From: the human T2T-CHM13v2.0 reference genome, Homo sapiens
DNA: 64,000 bases
Assembly: GCF_009914755.1 (NCBI RefSeq)
Contig: NC_060928.1
Reading direction: 5' to 3' (one strand)
The position numbers were made by a program, and so were the translations under genes. Positions 32,716 to 48,760 of this stretch are shown one piece after another. Within the stretch, counting starts at the first letter, position 1, and each line of letters begins with the position of its first letter. Under the pieces are notes generated by a model. That model was not told where the DNA came from, made no database searches, and saw only the letters and a list, made by a program, of their open reading frames with translations.

Positions 32716-33189
32716 AGAAAGGTATTCTTAGGGATATACCTTTGGGGAATGTGCCTCTGCTCCACCTCTCAGACTATTTACAAGGGAATGTCCCAATGGA
32801 TTCAGATATCTCAGAATATAGTCTTAATTAATTACTTTGATGATTGTCCCATTGGCTTCCTTCTTTTCTGAAATTCTCTTTGTGCTTGACATTCCTCTGA
32901 GATTCTGTAATGGAAAAAGTTCTCACTTGAGTAGTGGATTTATATTTCAAGTATTCTTGACTTCAGTTTGCTCTGCTCTGGTTTCTTCTTCAATCTTATT
33001 CAATTTTCCCATTTTTCAGAAATGTCTCAAAATTTCTCATGCAGTGGTTGAACATTATCTTGTTCATTTATAGTACTGCTCTGGAGACTGACAATGTCCC
33101 TGCTTAGCTCATCACTCTATTTTTATTTTCTGATGGCTCTGTTCTGACAGTCTTTTTTAGTACTACTACATTTGTTTCTTTATTGTTTA

Positions 33190-33335
33190 TGAACCCCACC
33201 TTAGTGTAAATTTTCTGAGAGCTGGAACCTTGCCAATCTAACTCACTTCTGCAGCTCTTGTACTTAAAACAATGCCAGGGACACAGAAGGTACTCAATAC
33301 ATACTTGTTGCCAAAATGTATGACCGGATGAATAA
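33190..33335 (+). mobile_element. L2 3' end
   Basis: ttagtgtaaattttctgagagctggaacc...aaaacaatgccagggacacagaaggtactcaatacatacttgttg. Confidence 0.7.
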
Positions 33336-34829
33336 CAAAATTGAGAGAAAAGCACATGTGTTCATGGTTCAGGCCTGGTTTCTTGGCTTGCTTTCTATGT
33401 TGCTGCTTGTTGTACATTGATAAGGACCATAGCTTTTCTCTGCTTCTGGCTCCAATGTGATAAGCAACAAAGGCAGTTTCCTACTAAAGCTCATCCCACG
33501 GTCTCCATTTGTGCACCCATGACTGAATGGGCAAGCTCAATTCACAGAACAATGAGTAGGAAACCCTCACTAGGTTCCACCTGCATTCACAAATCCATCT
33601 GTCTCATTCATAGAGCTGATATTCTGATCCCCATGTGGCCCAGTGGGGTGAGTTATATAATATAATTAGAAATAGGAAAGGAATTTCCTGAACACGATAC
33701 ATTCAGGAAGAGGAAACTCCACTACAGAGTTTAGTGATTCTAGGAGATTTTGTGAATGTGAAAAAAAAGTCAGAAGGATAGTGAAGAGAAAAAATCATAT
33801 CGAGATAGTAAGATGTGAATAAAACTACAAAAGCACAAAAGCAAACAATAAAATGAGAAAGGCTGAGGACTATTTTTGACTCAAGTAAAACATTTTATGT
33901 CATCATTTACTATTTTAGAATATGTATTAAAATGTTTCCCTTATTCTAGCTCATGTGGATTAAGATTGCTGTATAAAGTATTACATACCCTTCTTCATTT
34001 CAATAGCAGTTACAAGTTCTGCTCCACTTTTATTTTTATCTAAAACTAATTAATTTTTACATCATTCTGATATAACTATTAAACAATTTTATGTGATCAT
34101 TTGTAATAAAGGCAACATTCAGAAACAATTTCTGTCTTCCTATAGCTCTGTCCATGTTAATTAAGACTGAAAAGACAATTGGTTTAAAAATTACCTAAAC
34201 AAAGTGGCTTGATCAATTAGAATCAATCTACTAAGCTGACATATTGTTCATTCAGTCTAACAGATAAAAGCTCTGCTGAGAATTATGAGGTACTTGTAGA
34301 TTGGATTATATAATTTGTGCTAAAAATTTTTACAAAAGAAAAAAATGGTTTTTCTACTAAATAAGAATGATTGTCTTCACTGAAATAGAGAAGAAAGCTT
34401 CCATGAGTTGGACACTAATTTTGGGAGAGAGGAGATTCTAAAAGTGAAGCATCTTCCCCTGGGCTTTTCTCTCTCTCTCAGATTTCATTTGCTTCTTATT
34501 GTAACACAAGCACACTGACCACAGAAATACGCTCTCTCCTTCCTCTGAAAGAACATAAACATTTCTTTAAATTGGCTTTCAACGAAATTAAGACAGTGTG
34601 ACATTCAAAGCTATTCTTATAAAACTCAGAGATTAAAGGAATATATGAAAATATAAACAAAAAATTAAATAAAGCGGATTTTCTAGATAACAGATTTCTA
34701 GTCTAACCAAATAATTTATAGGAACCCATTAGCCTTCATTATACACCAAAACTGAAAATAAATAAAAAGAGCTTCTGCCTTAGGGCTTGGACTCTCAGCA
34801 CACTCTTGTCATGTGAAGAGTTGCCATCT

Positions 34830-35062
34830 AGTCAGTTGGAGTCACATGGCCCAGCTGACAACCAGCACTAGTCACCCAGTGTGTGAGGGAAGCCGTTGTC
34901 AACCACACAGACACCATCAACCATGAAATCGCTACAGTCACCTCAGTGCACCAAGTGAGATCAGCTCAAGTTGCTAAATTACAAAATTATCAAAAAAAAT
35001 GGTTGCAGTTTTCAGTTACAGTGTTTTGGGCTAGTTTGGTTGGCAGCAATAGATAACGGATG
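34830..35062 (+). mobile_element. MLT1 (MLT1H-like) LTR 3' part
   Basis: ccagctgacaaccagcact...aatggttgcagttttcagttacagtgttttgggctagtttggttggcagcaatagataac. Confidence 0.7.
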
Positions 35063-35107
35063 CTTAATTTATAATATGTATATACATATATATATATAAA
35101 ATGAGTC

Positions 35108-35422
35108 GGCTAGGCACAGTGGTTCAAACATGTAATCCCAGTACTTTGGGAGGCCGAGGCAGGTGGATCACTTGAGGCCAGGAGTTTGAGAACAATTTGG
35201 ACAAGATGGCGAAACCCCATCTCTACTAAAAATTAAAAAAAAAAAAAATGCCAGGCGCGGTGACATATGCCTGTAATTGCAGCTACTCAGGTGGCTGAGA
35301 CATTAGAATCGCTTGAACCTAGGAGGCGGAGGTTGCAATGAGCTGAGATGGCGCCGCTGCACTCCAGCCAGGGCGACAGAGTGAGACTCTGTCTCAAAAA
35401 AATTATTAATTAAACAAATTAA
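35108..35422 (+). mobile_element. Alu (old S or J-like), full length
   Basis: ggctaggcacagtggttc...gagactctgtctc; TSD aaaatgagt at 35098-35106 and 35423-35431. Confidence 0.93.
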
Positions 35423-35524
35423 AAAATGAGTGGATACCCCTATAATGCTTATAACCGTCTAGAACATTGCAAACACTTATTAATGTATTTGCTCAATATA
35501 ATCATAATTTTTTACTTCTGCATT

Positions 35525-35851
35525 TGAGTTCATGTCCTTTGTAGGGACATGGATGAAGCTGGAAACCATCATTCTCAGCAAACTATCGCAAGGACAAAAA
35601 ACCAAACACCACATGTTCTAACTCATAGGTGGGAATTGAACAATGAGAACACTTGGACTCAGGAAGGGGAACATCACACACTGGGGCCTGTCGTGGGGTG
35701 GGGGTAGGGGGTAGGGATAGCATTAGGAGATATACCTAATGTAAATGACAAGTTAACGGGTGCAGCACACCAACATGGCACATGTATACATATGTAACAA
35801 ACCTGCACGCTGTGCACATGTACCCTGAAACTTAAAGTATAATAAAAAAAA
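35525..35851 (+). mobile_element. L1PA5-like 3' end (~325 bp)
   Basis: tgagttcatgtcctttgtagggac...aatgtaaatgac...cttaaagtataataaaaaaa; no TSD found. Confidence 0.92.
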
Positions 35852-37389
35852 TTTTAAAAAGAATAGTAAATATGACTGTAATACATCTTTTATACAGAAT
35901 TTGGGAGAATAAAGGGATGGGGTGGTGCAAACACAGGGAATTAAGATTTAATATCTAAAACTAGCTTTGACATTAATTTTCATAATGACCTTGGGGGAAA
36001 TCAGTACTTATCTCTGGTTCTCAATTTCCTGTTCTGTAGAACAGAAAAGATTTAGGTGTCTAAGTTTCTTCCCATTTGTATATTCATGAATCCACAATTT
36101 TCAGATAACCTACGATGTTTTATTTTTATCTTAAAAATTTTGCAGAAAATTTATTAAAATACATTATCTTTCTTCCTCTTCTTAAATGAAGTCTGAATCC
36201 AGGTCATGGCACCATTACTAAATGAGTCCTAATCATTGTTGAATTTTTTTCAAATATAAAGATTGATATATTTTGCAGAAGGAAATGTTGAATGTTATAA
36301 GGCTGTTTATACTCATATAAAAATCTCTCTGACTACTATATTAATTTTTATATTTGCTTGATATTTGTAATGCTATATTTTTAACTATATTTTCACAACT
36401 GTAATGTCTGGCCCTTATTCTAAATATTTTAAAATGTGTTTCTCTTTGCAGGCTGAGATACAATAAAAAGATAACTTTAAAACCATGCTAGAAACAGAAA
36501 GTAGGCATCCATCTAAAACCTGGAGATTTCTTCCATAAAAGCAAACAAGGAAACTCAGTGAAATATACATACAAATAAATACATGCAATTTATATAAACA
36601 AAAATAATATAATCATTTTCACAAACAATAACAATATTAATGCTTATGTATTTTGATCCCATTTTTAGAAATATAACCTTCCTAGCAGGTTAAAAGCATC
36701 ACTTAGGCACCCATATAGTTTTCCTGCCTGCAGTCACTTTGTGTATATACGTATATATATAAAACACAAATGTAATATGTAAATAACGTAAACTATATGG
36801 CAGTAAAACTATGAGTGTGTGTATATATACACGCACACACACACACACACAAACGTGTGTAGTTTTGCCTGTTTTTAGGTCATATATAAATGAAATAATA
36901 TTATACTTATTCTCTTACGATTTCCTTTTTTAAAATCAATATTCTTTGTGAAATTAAAGTGGTTGCATATTGCTGTTGTTCATTCAGAGTCACTGAATTA
37001 TGGAATTCTATTTATTACCGATATGAAAATTTTATTTGCTCTAATATTAACAAACATCTGGGCTGTTTCAGTTGGGGGCTTTAATACACAATGCCACTAC
37101 GAGTGTTGTTTGCAAGAATTCCTATAGGTTTAATGCCTAGGAGTAAATTCCTGAGTTTTAAAATATGAGCATACACGTCTTCACTATATAATGGGAAACT
37201 GATTTCTCAACTACTTTCATTTGAGACAAAAATAAATTTTGATAATTGTTTAACCCGCTACTTTTCTGGTTTTCTTTTTCCAACAAGCAAAAAACACTTT
37301 CTAAATGTTTTTCTATAATTCAGCTACACAAATGTTATTTACTCATAAGTATTCACAAATACAAAGTATTTGAACAAGTGGTTATATTT

Positions 37390-37570
37390 TAGTATGGACC
37401 CACTAGGTGCCAGGGTTTTGTGTGAATTGCTTCTTTTAATATTCATTTTGAGGACTATCATGCCTTCACAGAAATTAAGTGACTTGCCTCTGGTTAAATA
37501 CATAAGTAACAAAGTCATGATTCAAAACTGGGTTTGCCTAAAACTAAGAATGTTCATGTTCACAGCTACT
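37390..37570 (-). mobile_element. MIR fragment
   Basis: cacagaaattaagtgacttgcctctggtt...atgattcaaaactgggtttgcct. Confidence 0.65.
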
Positions 37571-38808
37571 TTGAAGTAATTTGAAAAATGCACACAGTAA
37601 TTGCAATGCCTAAAGGTCGAAGTAGAACCATTACATTTGTCGATAAAAGGGTTAATTTGGCAAAACCAAATTCAAAAGTAAATTATGAATTTTGACAAAG
37701 TAGATACAAAATGTAAAATTTCATATTTTTATATTTTGTAGTATGAACTGAAGTTTTTATCTAAATATTGTGAATATGGCCTTGTACAATTAAGTGAACC
37801 CTCAATATTAACGTAATAATATCTAGTTTTATAAAACATATAGTAATACATAATCCAGTAGCTTCATCATATCATACTGTTTGTGGGTAAATATAAAGTG
37901 TGTCAATTCAGGATTTATAAATGTAGATAATTTCACTGTCATTTAGTGAAATTATTGCCCAAATTTTAAGTGAGTAAAAATCTCTATAATGCCTTTATAT
38001 AATGATAGGCATGGCTATTAATTCTTGCTTTCTATTGTTGTATAGTCTTCAGATTTGGTAGACAAGAATTACAAAAGGAAGTAAGCAAGATTAAAGGGAT
38101 GAAAAAGTCACTGTGTTTAATGAGCACACATGGTGTTCTGTCATAACAAATTATCCCATGATGCTAATGATTAACTAGGCTGCCACTTGTTCTATAAGCT
38201 TACAGTATCATGAGCCAAGTAAGCACAATAGAAAACTGTCTACAAAATTTGAAGGCTATTTTAATTTCATATTTATCACCATCTTGTCATCTGTGATAAC
38301 ACTTCATCATACACGTGGCTCTTGCCTGGAGTTATCAAAATTAAAATTTATTTCAATAAAAGTGTTGTCGCTTAGTGCAAGACCAGTGAGGCAATTCAGT
38401 GCAACAAACAATAAGGTGTACAAGTTAGAATGAATTTGTTCCAGTTTGAACACAACAGACCATAATCTCAAAGCGTTCCCTTTGAGAATGCTATCATATA
38501 CTCAATGCTATCATATACCCCCATTATGGGGAAATTCATATAATTAAGTCTATTGATAGACTTAATCACCTTAATCAAACTCTTTGATACCTTGTCCTCT
38601 TTCATGTTAGGATTTCAACCCACACTGATTTCAGAAAAAAGCACTAGGTAAATGTGTTTTTGAAAAGTTTTGTGAGGAGAGAATATTGACCGTCAGACTA
38701 TGCACAGTAAAAATGCCACTAAAAAATGCAGAAGCATGATGAATCATATAGCAGTGTATCAAATCACAACAAATAAGGGATTACAAATTATATATATTTA
38801 ATACACTA

Positions 38809-40630
<1,822 letters not shown>

Positions 40631-40651
40631 TTTTTTAAAAAAACTCATAAA

Positions 40652-40685
40652 ACACACACACAGACACACACACATACACACACAT
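40652..40685. repeat. Imperfect (CA)n after the L1 tail
   Basis: read directly. Confidence 0.9.
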
Positions 40686-41174
40686 CTTTGCTTTGAATAC
40701 TATCTTGGGCAAAAAAGAAAGATACATCAATAAAATTATTAAGTATAAACATTTCTTTGGTTTAAAAGCAAAAGAGAGAAGTACTGAAGTCAAGGTGATG
40801 CCAAAACTTGCAGAGCGTATTTCTTTCCATCTGGAAATCTTTCTTGTCACTTCTTTTTCTCACTTTCCGAAGATTATCTTTTCTGTAAAGCAACCAATGC
40901 TTCATTGAAGTTTCCCCAAACTAGAAAAAAGACTAGGGAAACTGATTTACTGAACCAAATGGCAAAGTCTTCTGAATTTATTTAAAGCCCTATCACTGAA
41001 CTGTAGGAGAAGGATCTGAGACTTGTAAAGGAAAAAAGAAAATAAACAACATTACAGGAATTGTTTTTAAGAAAGACACTATGGTCATGAACAGGGAGGG
41101 ATATGGTGGAAATAATTACTAACATTTAGAATACTGTTTCTATAAGCAAAATAGTATTTTCAGCACTGCAGATG

Positions 41175-41350
41175 TTCAATACTTCAATATTACAAGAGGT
41201 AGTTTCTATCATCATCCACACATTAAGAATAAGGTATTCAGCCACAGTGGGGCTAAGTGCTCTGCTCCAGGTAACATAGATGGTAAGGGACAGAGAACAA
41301 TTCAAATCCATAAATTCAGGCTGCAGAATTTGTGACCTTAAGATTTACAC
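41175..41350 (-). mobile_element. MIR fragment
   Basis: gaggtagtttctatcatcatccacacatt...ggctaagtgctctgctccaggtaacatagatggtaagggacagag. Confidence 0.6.
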
Positions 41351-41790
41351 TAAGCATATTGTAAACTCTAAATGACAAGACTTTTGTATGTTGGATGCCC
41401 TAAGTATTTATTATTTCTTTAAAGATTGTATCTAGGTGTATAAAAATATTTTCAGGCCAAAACATTTAGGTTATATAATGTGTTGTTACTTATATTTAAG
41501 GCCAGGCCTGGAGGTATCAGTCCCACCAATAGGTCATTTTCATAATGACTCCACGATTTTAAAGATCATTTTTATTCCATACGGTTGATTTGTCATTGTA
41601 TCTATGTATGGATATACTTATCACATGCCTGATTCTTAAAAGTCTAACTATAGCCAAGATTTAACTAAATAAATTAATACAGCAGAGAAAAATTAAAATA
41701 TTTAATTATAAAATATTTTTATGTTAATAGTTAATATATATGCCATAATATCCTATCTACTTGTCAGAAAAGGGTCTATAAATTACGTTC

Positions 41791-42202
41791 TGTATCAGGC
41801 CATTCTTGTATTGCTATAAAGAAATACCTGAGACTGAGTAATTGATACAGAAAAAAGGTTTAATTGGCTCATGATTCTGCAGGCTGTCCAAGCATGGCTC
41901 CGACATCATTTGACTTCTGGGAGGGTCACAGGAAGCTTTTACTCATGGCAGACAGGAGGCAAAGCTGGAACAGGCACTTTACATGCAAAAGCAGAAGTAT
42001 GGGGAATTGGTGGGGGGATGGGGTGCCACACACTTTTAAAGGACAAGATCTCATGAGAACTCACTCACTATTGCAAGGATAGCACCAACCAATGAGGGAT
42101 TTCCCCCCGTGACACAAACACATTCTACCAGCCCCACCTCCAGCATTGAGGATTACTTTTCAGCATGAGATTTGGGTAGGAACTAATGTCCAAATTATAT
42201 CA
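41791..42202 (-). mobile_element. MSTB-like solo LTR
   Basis: tgtatcaggccattcttgtattgctataaagaaatacctgagact...caaattatatca; degenerate 5-bp TSD cgttc/tgttt. Confidence 0.88.
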
Positions 42203-44403
42203 TGTTTTAATATGCATGACTGCCTATACAAAGAAAAGACAATTAGTAAACTTGTCAGAAGAATCTCAACCATTTCTATTATAGAGAAAATAAATAAAAT
42301 TTTTATATGTATTCTTGTAAAGTAGTAACTATAGTCCAACTACTCAGGCAATAAAAGCATCACCACTTTTTTATTAAATAAACAATAGAATTGATAGGAC
42401 TGTTGTTGTTTTATAATGTCTTTTGTTGTAAACTGACAACTGTATTCCAAAGCAGTATTAGATAAGAATAATTTCTATATAGTCCAGGCACACCATTCCA
42501 TGATGGTCCAGATTAACATAAAGATGAAATATAAAGTGCTATATGAAACACAGTAAAATATATAATAGTACATATAAATACACACACACACACATACACA
42601 CATATACACATAATGAAATAACCTATACCCTTTCTGTGTGAGAGGTACTCAGACATTTTCTATTTTCTTCTAATATAGTTTAATATTAAAAAGTTGGTCA
42701 GGAGTTACTAAATTAATTTCCTGACCCACAAATGGCTTCGACCTATGGATTGCATAATATGGATTTGAGTAAATTGGAATCTCACATTGCCTATTGCATT
42801 TCTTATAATAAAACTTGATAGATATTAGTTTTTTATTCCCAAAATGGTAGCTTGGGCATACATGTTACATTTTAATGAAATAGTCTTTCACAGTTTAGAA
42901 AAAGTAGAAATTCTTGGAAAAAGTTCTTACCTTATATAGGTGCAGAAAGCTGAGAAAAAAATCGCTGACATGATACATGTTTCAAACGGGCCAAGGGAAC
43001 AAACATGAGTCTGACATCAGTCTAACTCAGAAATGGACAATGAAACCCCACAGCTTTAGGTCATTGAATATAGCCTCAAATATTTTATCCTGAAAATTTT
43101 AAATTTCCAAAAGAACCCTAATAACGACTAACTTTAAGCAGTGCGGTTTATTTGTAAATTCTAAAAAATAAGCTGAGTTGCAAAATATGCCATATGCTTG
43201 GGTTTGGAAATAGATCATTCAGAGTAGTGCAGACAAAATTATGTATTGCATTTTACAATGGGATCCATCTCAAAGAGATTGGCTTATGGTGTGCTGACTA
43301 ACCTTGAAGTACTTTTTAGAGTTGGTACATGATAAGGAGACAACAAAACAAAAGCTTCTAAAATAAACAAGTGAATTAATAAGTAAATAAATTAATAGAC
43401 AGACAGAAAAAGCCAATTTCATTAAGAAGATGAACTTTGGCATTTCACGGACCGAAGAGAGGACACTTACAAAATCTTCTGTGAAGATGTTATAAAGCCA
43501 ATTTCTATATCTAGAAGTATAAAAACAAGTATATCTGCCTTAATTTCTGTCTCTAATAGGAAAATAAGGCTATATCTATACCTTTTTAGTATTCAAAAAT
43601 TCATAATTATGGTAGATGTTGAAATTGGCAAACATATTTTTAACCTAATGAAATATTAACAACAGTAGATAAAATCTATACAAAATGTTTAAACTCTTTG
43701 AAATATTCAATATTGAAGCTTTTAAATCTAGGTGATTAATTTTATGGTTTTATTAATCTACCTTCATCTCAAACTACTGTCTCAACTATTTGAGCTACTT
43801 GAATCAACTAAGCTCTGTTCCATGGAACTGATACATTCTATCTTTGTGACTGTATTACTTCATCTTTTTTCATCACAGATCAACATCATGAGTAAATATT
43901 ATTGACAATGTATACTATAAAAAGCTAGAAATAAGTGTTAATAAATAAATATATGTGGTTAATTAAAAGATTGTTAGAACATAATCTTTGGGATTAGAAA
44001 CAGCATTTCTCGGTGCTAAAAACTAGGGCACTTCATCTTGAAAGTGGTAAGATTATATTATTTACAGGAAAGAACATTGTAACAAAGACGTTCCTTTTTT
44101 CCTGGTAGAATTGTAAAACTAAAGAAAGTTGTTTATCACTTTTTCATGCATAAATATCAACATGAATACTTGAAAATAAAATTTGTAAAAGCTGCATTTT
44201 AAATTATTATTTGCAATTCAAAATTCTCCTCAACATTTGATAGAAAAATTTAGATTGATATGTAAAATTACTTATTCCTGTGCTTACAACTTCTCATTTT
44301 TCATGCATTTTAAAAGTCTTACATTTCAGAAGAATATCTGTCAAAAAGAAATCTCTTTAAAATCTACCTGCTCAAAATAGAGTAGCCTAGCTTTTCTTTT
44401 CCT

Positions 44404-44562
44404 ATTATTTATTTTTTTGATTGACAAATAAAATTGTATATATTTATGGTATACAACATGATATTTTGCTATATCTATACATTGTGGGATAAATCAACTG
44501 AGCAATTAACACGTGTTATCTCACATACACATTTTTTGTGGTAAGAACACTTAAAATCTATG
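44404..44562 (-). mobile_element. L1MA-type 3' end fragment
   Basis: ttgacaaataaaattgtatatatttatggtatacaacatgatatttt...gtggtaagaacacttaaaatcta; degenerate flanking repeat tagcctagcttttctttt/tagcctcattttctttt. Confidence 0.85.
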
Positions 44563-45654
44563 AAATAGCCTCATTTTCTTTTGATTTTTGAAAATGCCTT
44601 GCTTTCATAACTCTTGAAGTTTAGAAGATTAGTATCTACCAGTTATTAGCAGACAGTCAAATACTAATTGTTTATTCTAATTAACGAATTTACTTTAATT
44701 ATGATTTATTTTATAAGCCTCTGGACATATATATTTTCACTTGACACAGGGTTGGTTAGTTAATCCCTATCTAAAGATATGGATTAATCCAAACTGTATT
44801 TTCCTTCAAGATAAAAATTAGTTTTACATGTTATTGATTATTGTAAAGTTAATGGGTTTGTACTACACACATGTATTGACTACTAAACTGTGCAAATAAT
44901 GCCAAAATAGTTGTCCCGAAAAATAAGGGCAATGTATATATATATATATATAAAATGAACATCCTTTTTTTTATCCATATGAGGAATTATCCTGTTCTGT
45001 CATTTACGTACTCATTAAGAAACTGTCTGTTTTTCTCACATTCATTTGCAAGATTTTCAGAAGACTAGTCTGTGAATAAAGTAAAAATCACTGCTCAAAA
45101 TGAATTAGCACCATCTCTAAAAGAGTCAGATTTCACATAGGTGCCAAATGAAAGGTGTGATGACCCTCATAAACACCTTGTATGAGTTAATGAGAGTGAA
45201 GGTTCATTTTCATAATGACTTCATATTTGCATCTGTTGCATACCACCCAGGGCACACCATAATGTAGGCTGTGCATGGTACAGGTTGGCAAAAGCCAACT
45301 GTGACTCAGACAGGTTGTGATTCTCAGCACTCCAGTAATAAAAATGACCATGTCGACATTCTGTCTGGCCCAGAGCCTAAGTAGAAATCATCAAATTGGC
45401 TTACAACCACATGGCCTCTGAAGCACACCATCTGCCAGTCGTCTTTGTTGCTACTTCTTCCTCTTTGTAACTATGTAAACATTCATTTACCAGCGAATAT
45501 ACGCTCCCAGAAGGCCCACCCAGGACAAGGTGAAAAAGTAGCTTCCCCCACTCTTTTTTTCTTCTGTCACCAAGACCCTCTCTGCAAAAGAAATGAGATA
45601 GCATGGAATGAGTGTTACTATGTAGTACAGAAAAGGCAAACAATAAAACTATGA

Positions 45655-46030
<376 letters not shown>

Positions 46031-47214
46031 AGTCATATTCTTTAAACATAACAGCAGACTCAAAGCATGACAATGAAGAGCAAAGCTCCATCTATTAGAT
46101 AATGGTATACCAAACAATAATAACTATCTCTTTAAACATCATCAAAGCCCAAATTATCTCATTTCATACTGGGGACGTGGGCGGGGAAGGTATGCATGTA
46201 ACTTTCTTTCCTTTATGTTTCCCAGTATAGGAGAAACTAGTGTGATTGTATTTAACAAAAGAAGAAAATTTAAGTTAATGACAATAAATAAACATATGAT
46301 ATGCATTCATGTATTCGTGTAAGGACTAAGCCATAGCATTTCAATATCTGCCTAATAATATAAAATACTTTTAGAATCAAATGCTAAACAAACACAATGT
46401 GCAATTTTGTCTTTGGCTGGACCTACTCTAATTTTTATTCCTAAAGACTATTTGATAATTGGTAAAATGAAGAAAATGAAAAAAAATAGCTTTCATCTCT
46501 GCTTAAGAGAAACTGATGTCAACTCAGCAAGTGTGAAAGTAATGACATGAGGGGGAAGAATACGCAGAAGAGAAAAAAAAATGAAGCAAGGAGTGCATGG
46601 GAATAACAGTAGTCAATAAGCTCTGGTACATAACTTTTGAGGGCCTGCAATAAGGAGAAACCATTAGATAGATTGGCCACTCACAAGCTCTTTCCTAAAG
46701 GCGGAACAACTACACTTTCTTACCCAGACCTCATCCTATTATATGACTTCAATTCTTATTTCTGTACTGACAGTTTTCATATCTATAAGTGCATTTCTGT
46801 TATTCCATTCAAACTCTAGCCATTATTTCCAATTATCTTTCAGACTCTTGTATTCAGATATCTTCCTGCCATTTGAAACTCAACATTAACCACAGCATCT
46901 TTTCTTCTCCAAAGAATGAAGGCAGCCTCGGTGATTCATATTGCATATTTTCTTTGAAATCTCTTTCATCTGCTCTATCATTTTTATTTCTACTGCCATG
47001 AGTGCTGTACTCTACTTTTTTCAAGCATGAATTCCTGAAATATTCAATTTGATGGTCTCCCAAACTCTAAATTTTCTCTACCTTTATTCTGCTTCCTATT
47101 GCCAGACTCAATGAATTTAAATATGGCTCCCTCCTTTGCAGCCTTACGGAGAACTAATTTCCAACCATATTCAATGCATTATTTCTTTGCTTGGCTTCAT
47201 TTAAGTTTTAGCTA

Positions 47215-47450
47215 ATACTTATTAAGCACAGACACTGAGCCAAGTACTCAACGGGGATTGTCTCATTTGCTATGCAGAATAGGGTAGATATAGTATTGTT
47301 CTTATTTTAATAAGAAGAAAATTGAAGTTTACAGAGATTAACTAACTTGCCACTTGTCAGACATAGCTAGTGAGAGTAGAGTAGGAATATAACTCATATC
47401 AACCAAGCTTCAAAGCTGGTGCTCTGAATGACTCTGCTATATTCCTTGCA
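47215..47450 (-). mobile_element. MIR
   Basis: aatacttattaagcac...aaaattgaagtttacagagattaactaacttgccacttgtcagacatagctagtgag. Confidence 0.75.
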
Positions 47451-47571
47451 CACCACTTACCTTCACTTCCTCCTAATGTCAACATTTTTCCTTTCATTTA
47501 GAATCAATTTATGTCTCTTTCTCTCCCTTGCTTCTCCTTCACCATCTCACCTCTTTTCTCTGCCCTCTATT

Positions 47572-47574
<3 letters not shown>

Positions 47575-47602
<28 letters not shown>
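47575..47602. repeat. (AC)14 microsatellite
   Basis: read directly. Confidence 0.95.
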
Positions 47603-47610
<8 letters not shown>

Positions 47611-48577
47611 TCCTTATGCCATCTTCTTTACATAGAACACTTTTTTTTATCTTCAGGTTCTCCTCTTTCATAAGGGCTTCCATCAATACTTATCATTGCA
47701 TATTTTCCTATACTTTCAAATCTTACAGTACCTACAGTTTATCATATAAATTGTTAACAGTTTGCCTTGCATTGTTCACTGTATTTTCTCATATTCTTAT
47801 CTCCAAAACTCATTCAGGGCTCCTTAATGCAAGGAATTTGTATTTCTCTGTAATATATTTCATAAATGTACATTGTCATTATTTCTATTATTATACTTCT
47901 GTATATTCTGATCTCCACCAGTATACTCAGCATGTAATGGGTACTCTATAGATCTACGTTCATATATTAATTCCAAGGTGGAAACTAAAATATAGAGCTT
48001 TGGTTTTCTAATTCAGTTGAATAAAACTGCAACTCATAACCAACTCTAAGTCTTTAGAGCTAGAAAAGTGGTTTACTGTTAGGAAAGCTTTTTGTCCTCT
48101 ACAATTTGAAGGTCAGAATACTCAAACCTGTTTGAAAGCAAAGAAAAAAAAGACAAAAAGATTTCTTATAAGTAACAATAAAACGATTCAAAATGCATAT
48201 CCAGTGAAAAAATATTTAATATTGATATTCAGTAGATAAAGCCACTAGTATTCTCAGAGAAAATGTGAAGATGTGAGAAAAAAACAATAAATTATCCCAA
48301 GCTTCACCAGAAAACAAAAATACAAAGTACAAAGGTAATTCTTAGTGAGAAGGAAAGATATTTTAGTTTAGGCTAAAAAAGACCTTTGCAGTTGTCAGAA
48401 ATGCAATGGAATGAAACTTTACCAACACTGGAGAATCACCCATCAGCAATGTAATGAGGTACATTCCTATTTGAGAGAGAGGATAAATTAATAAATTCTA
48501 ACCTTATTTGTACACTTTTAATTCTTGAATCTAGATTGATAAGTTCTTTAGTGCCTGAAAATATTCAGTTGAAACCA

Positions 48578-48760
48578 GAGTAGATATTTTAAACCCTGGC
48601 TGCACATTAGATTCTCTCAGAAAGTTTTTTGGAAAATATTAGTGTTAAAGTAACAACTATAGACTGATTAAATCAGAACCTAAGGACAGGATCTGGATGA
48701 TCATATTATTTTAAGTGCTTCCAAGGTGAATTTAGTGTGCATCTAGGACTAAGGACACTG
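48578..48760 (+). mobile_element. MER5A (hAT-Charlie MITE)
   Basis: aaaccctggctgcacattagattc...ctgattaaatcagaac...cttccaaggtgaatttagtgtgcatctaggactaaggacactg. Confidence 0.75.

Noticed and set aside
36435-36470. Splice-acceptor-like tttctctttgcag followed by AATAAA (similar acceptors near 50265 and 50952)
   Set aside because: No linked donor, ORF or transcript evidence; such motifs are common in AT-rich DNA.
42660-42765. Possible hAT-Charlie MITE end
   Set aside because: Too diverged to call without an HMM search.
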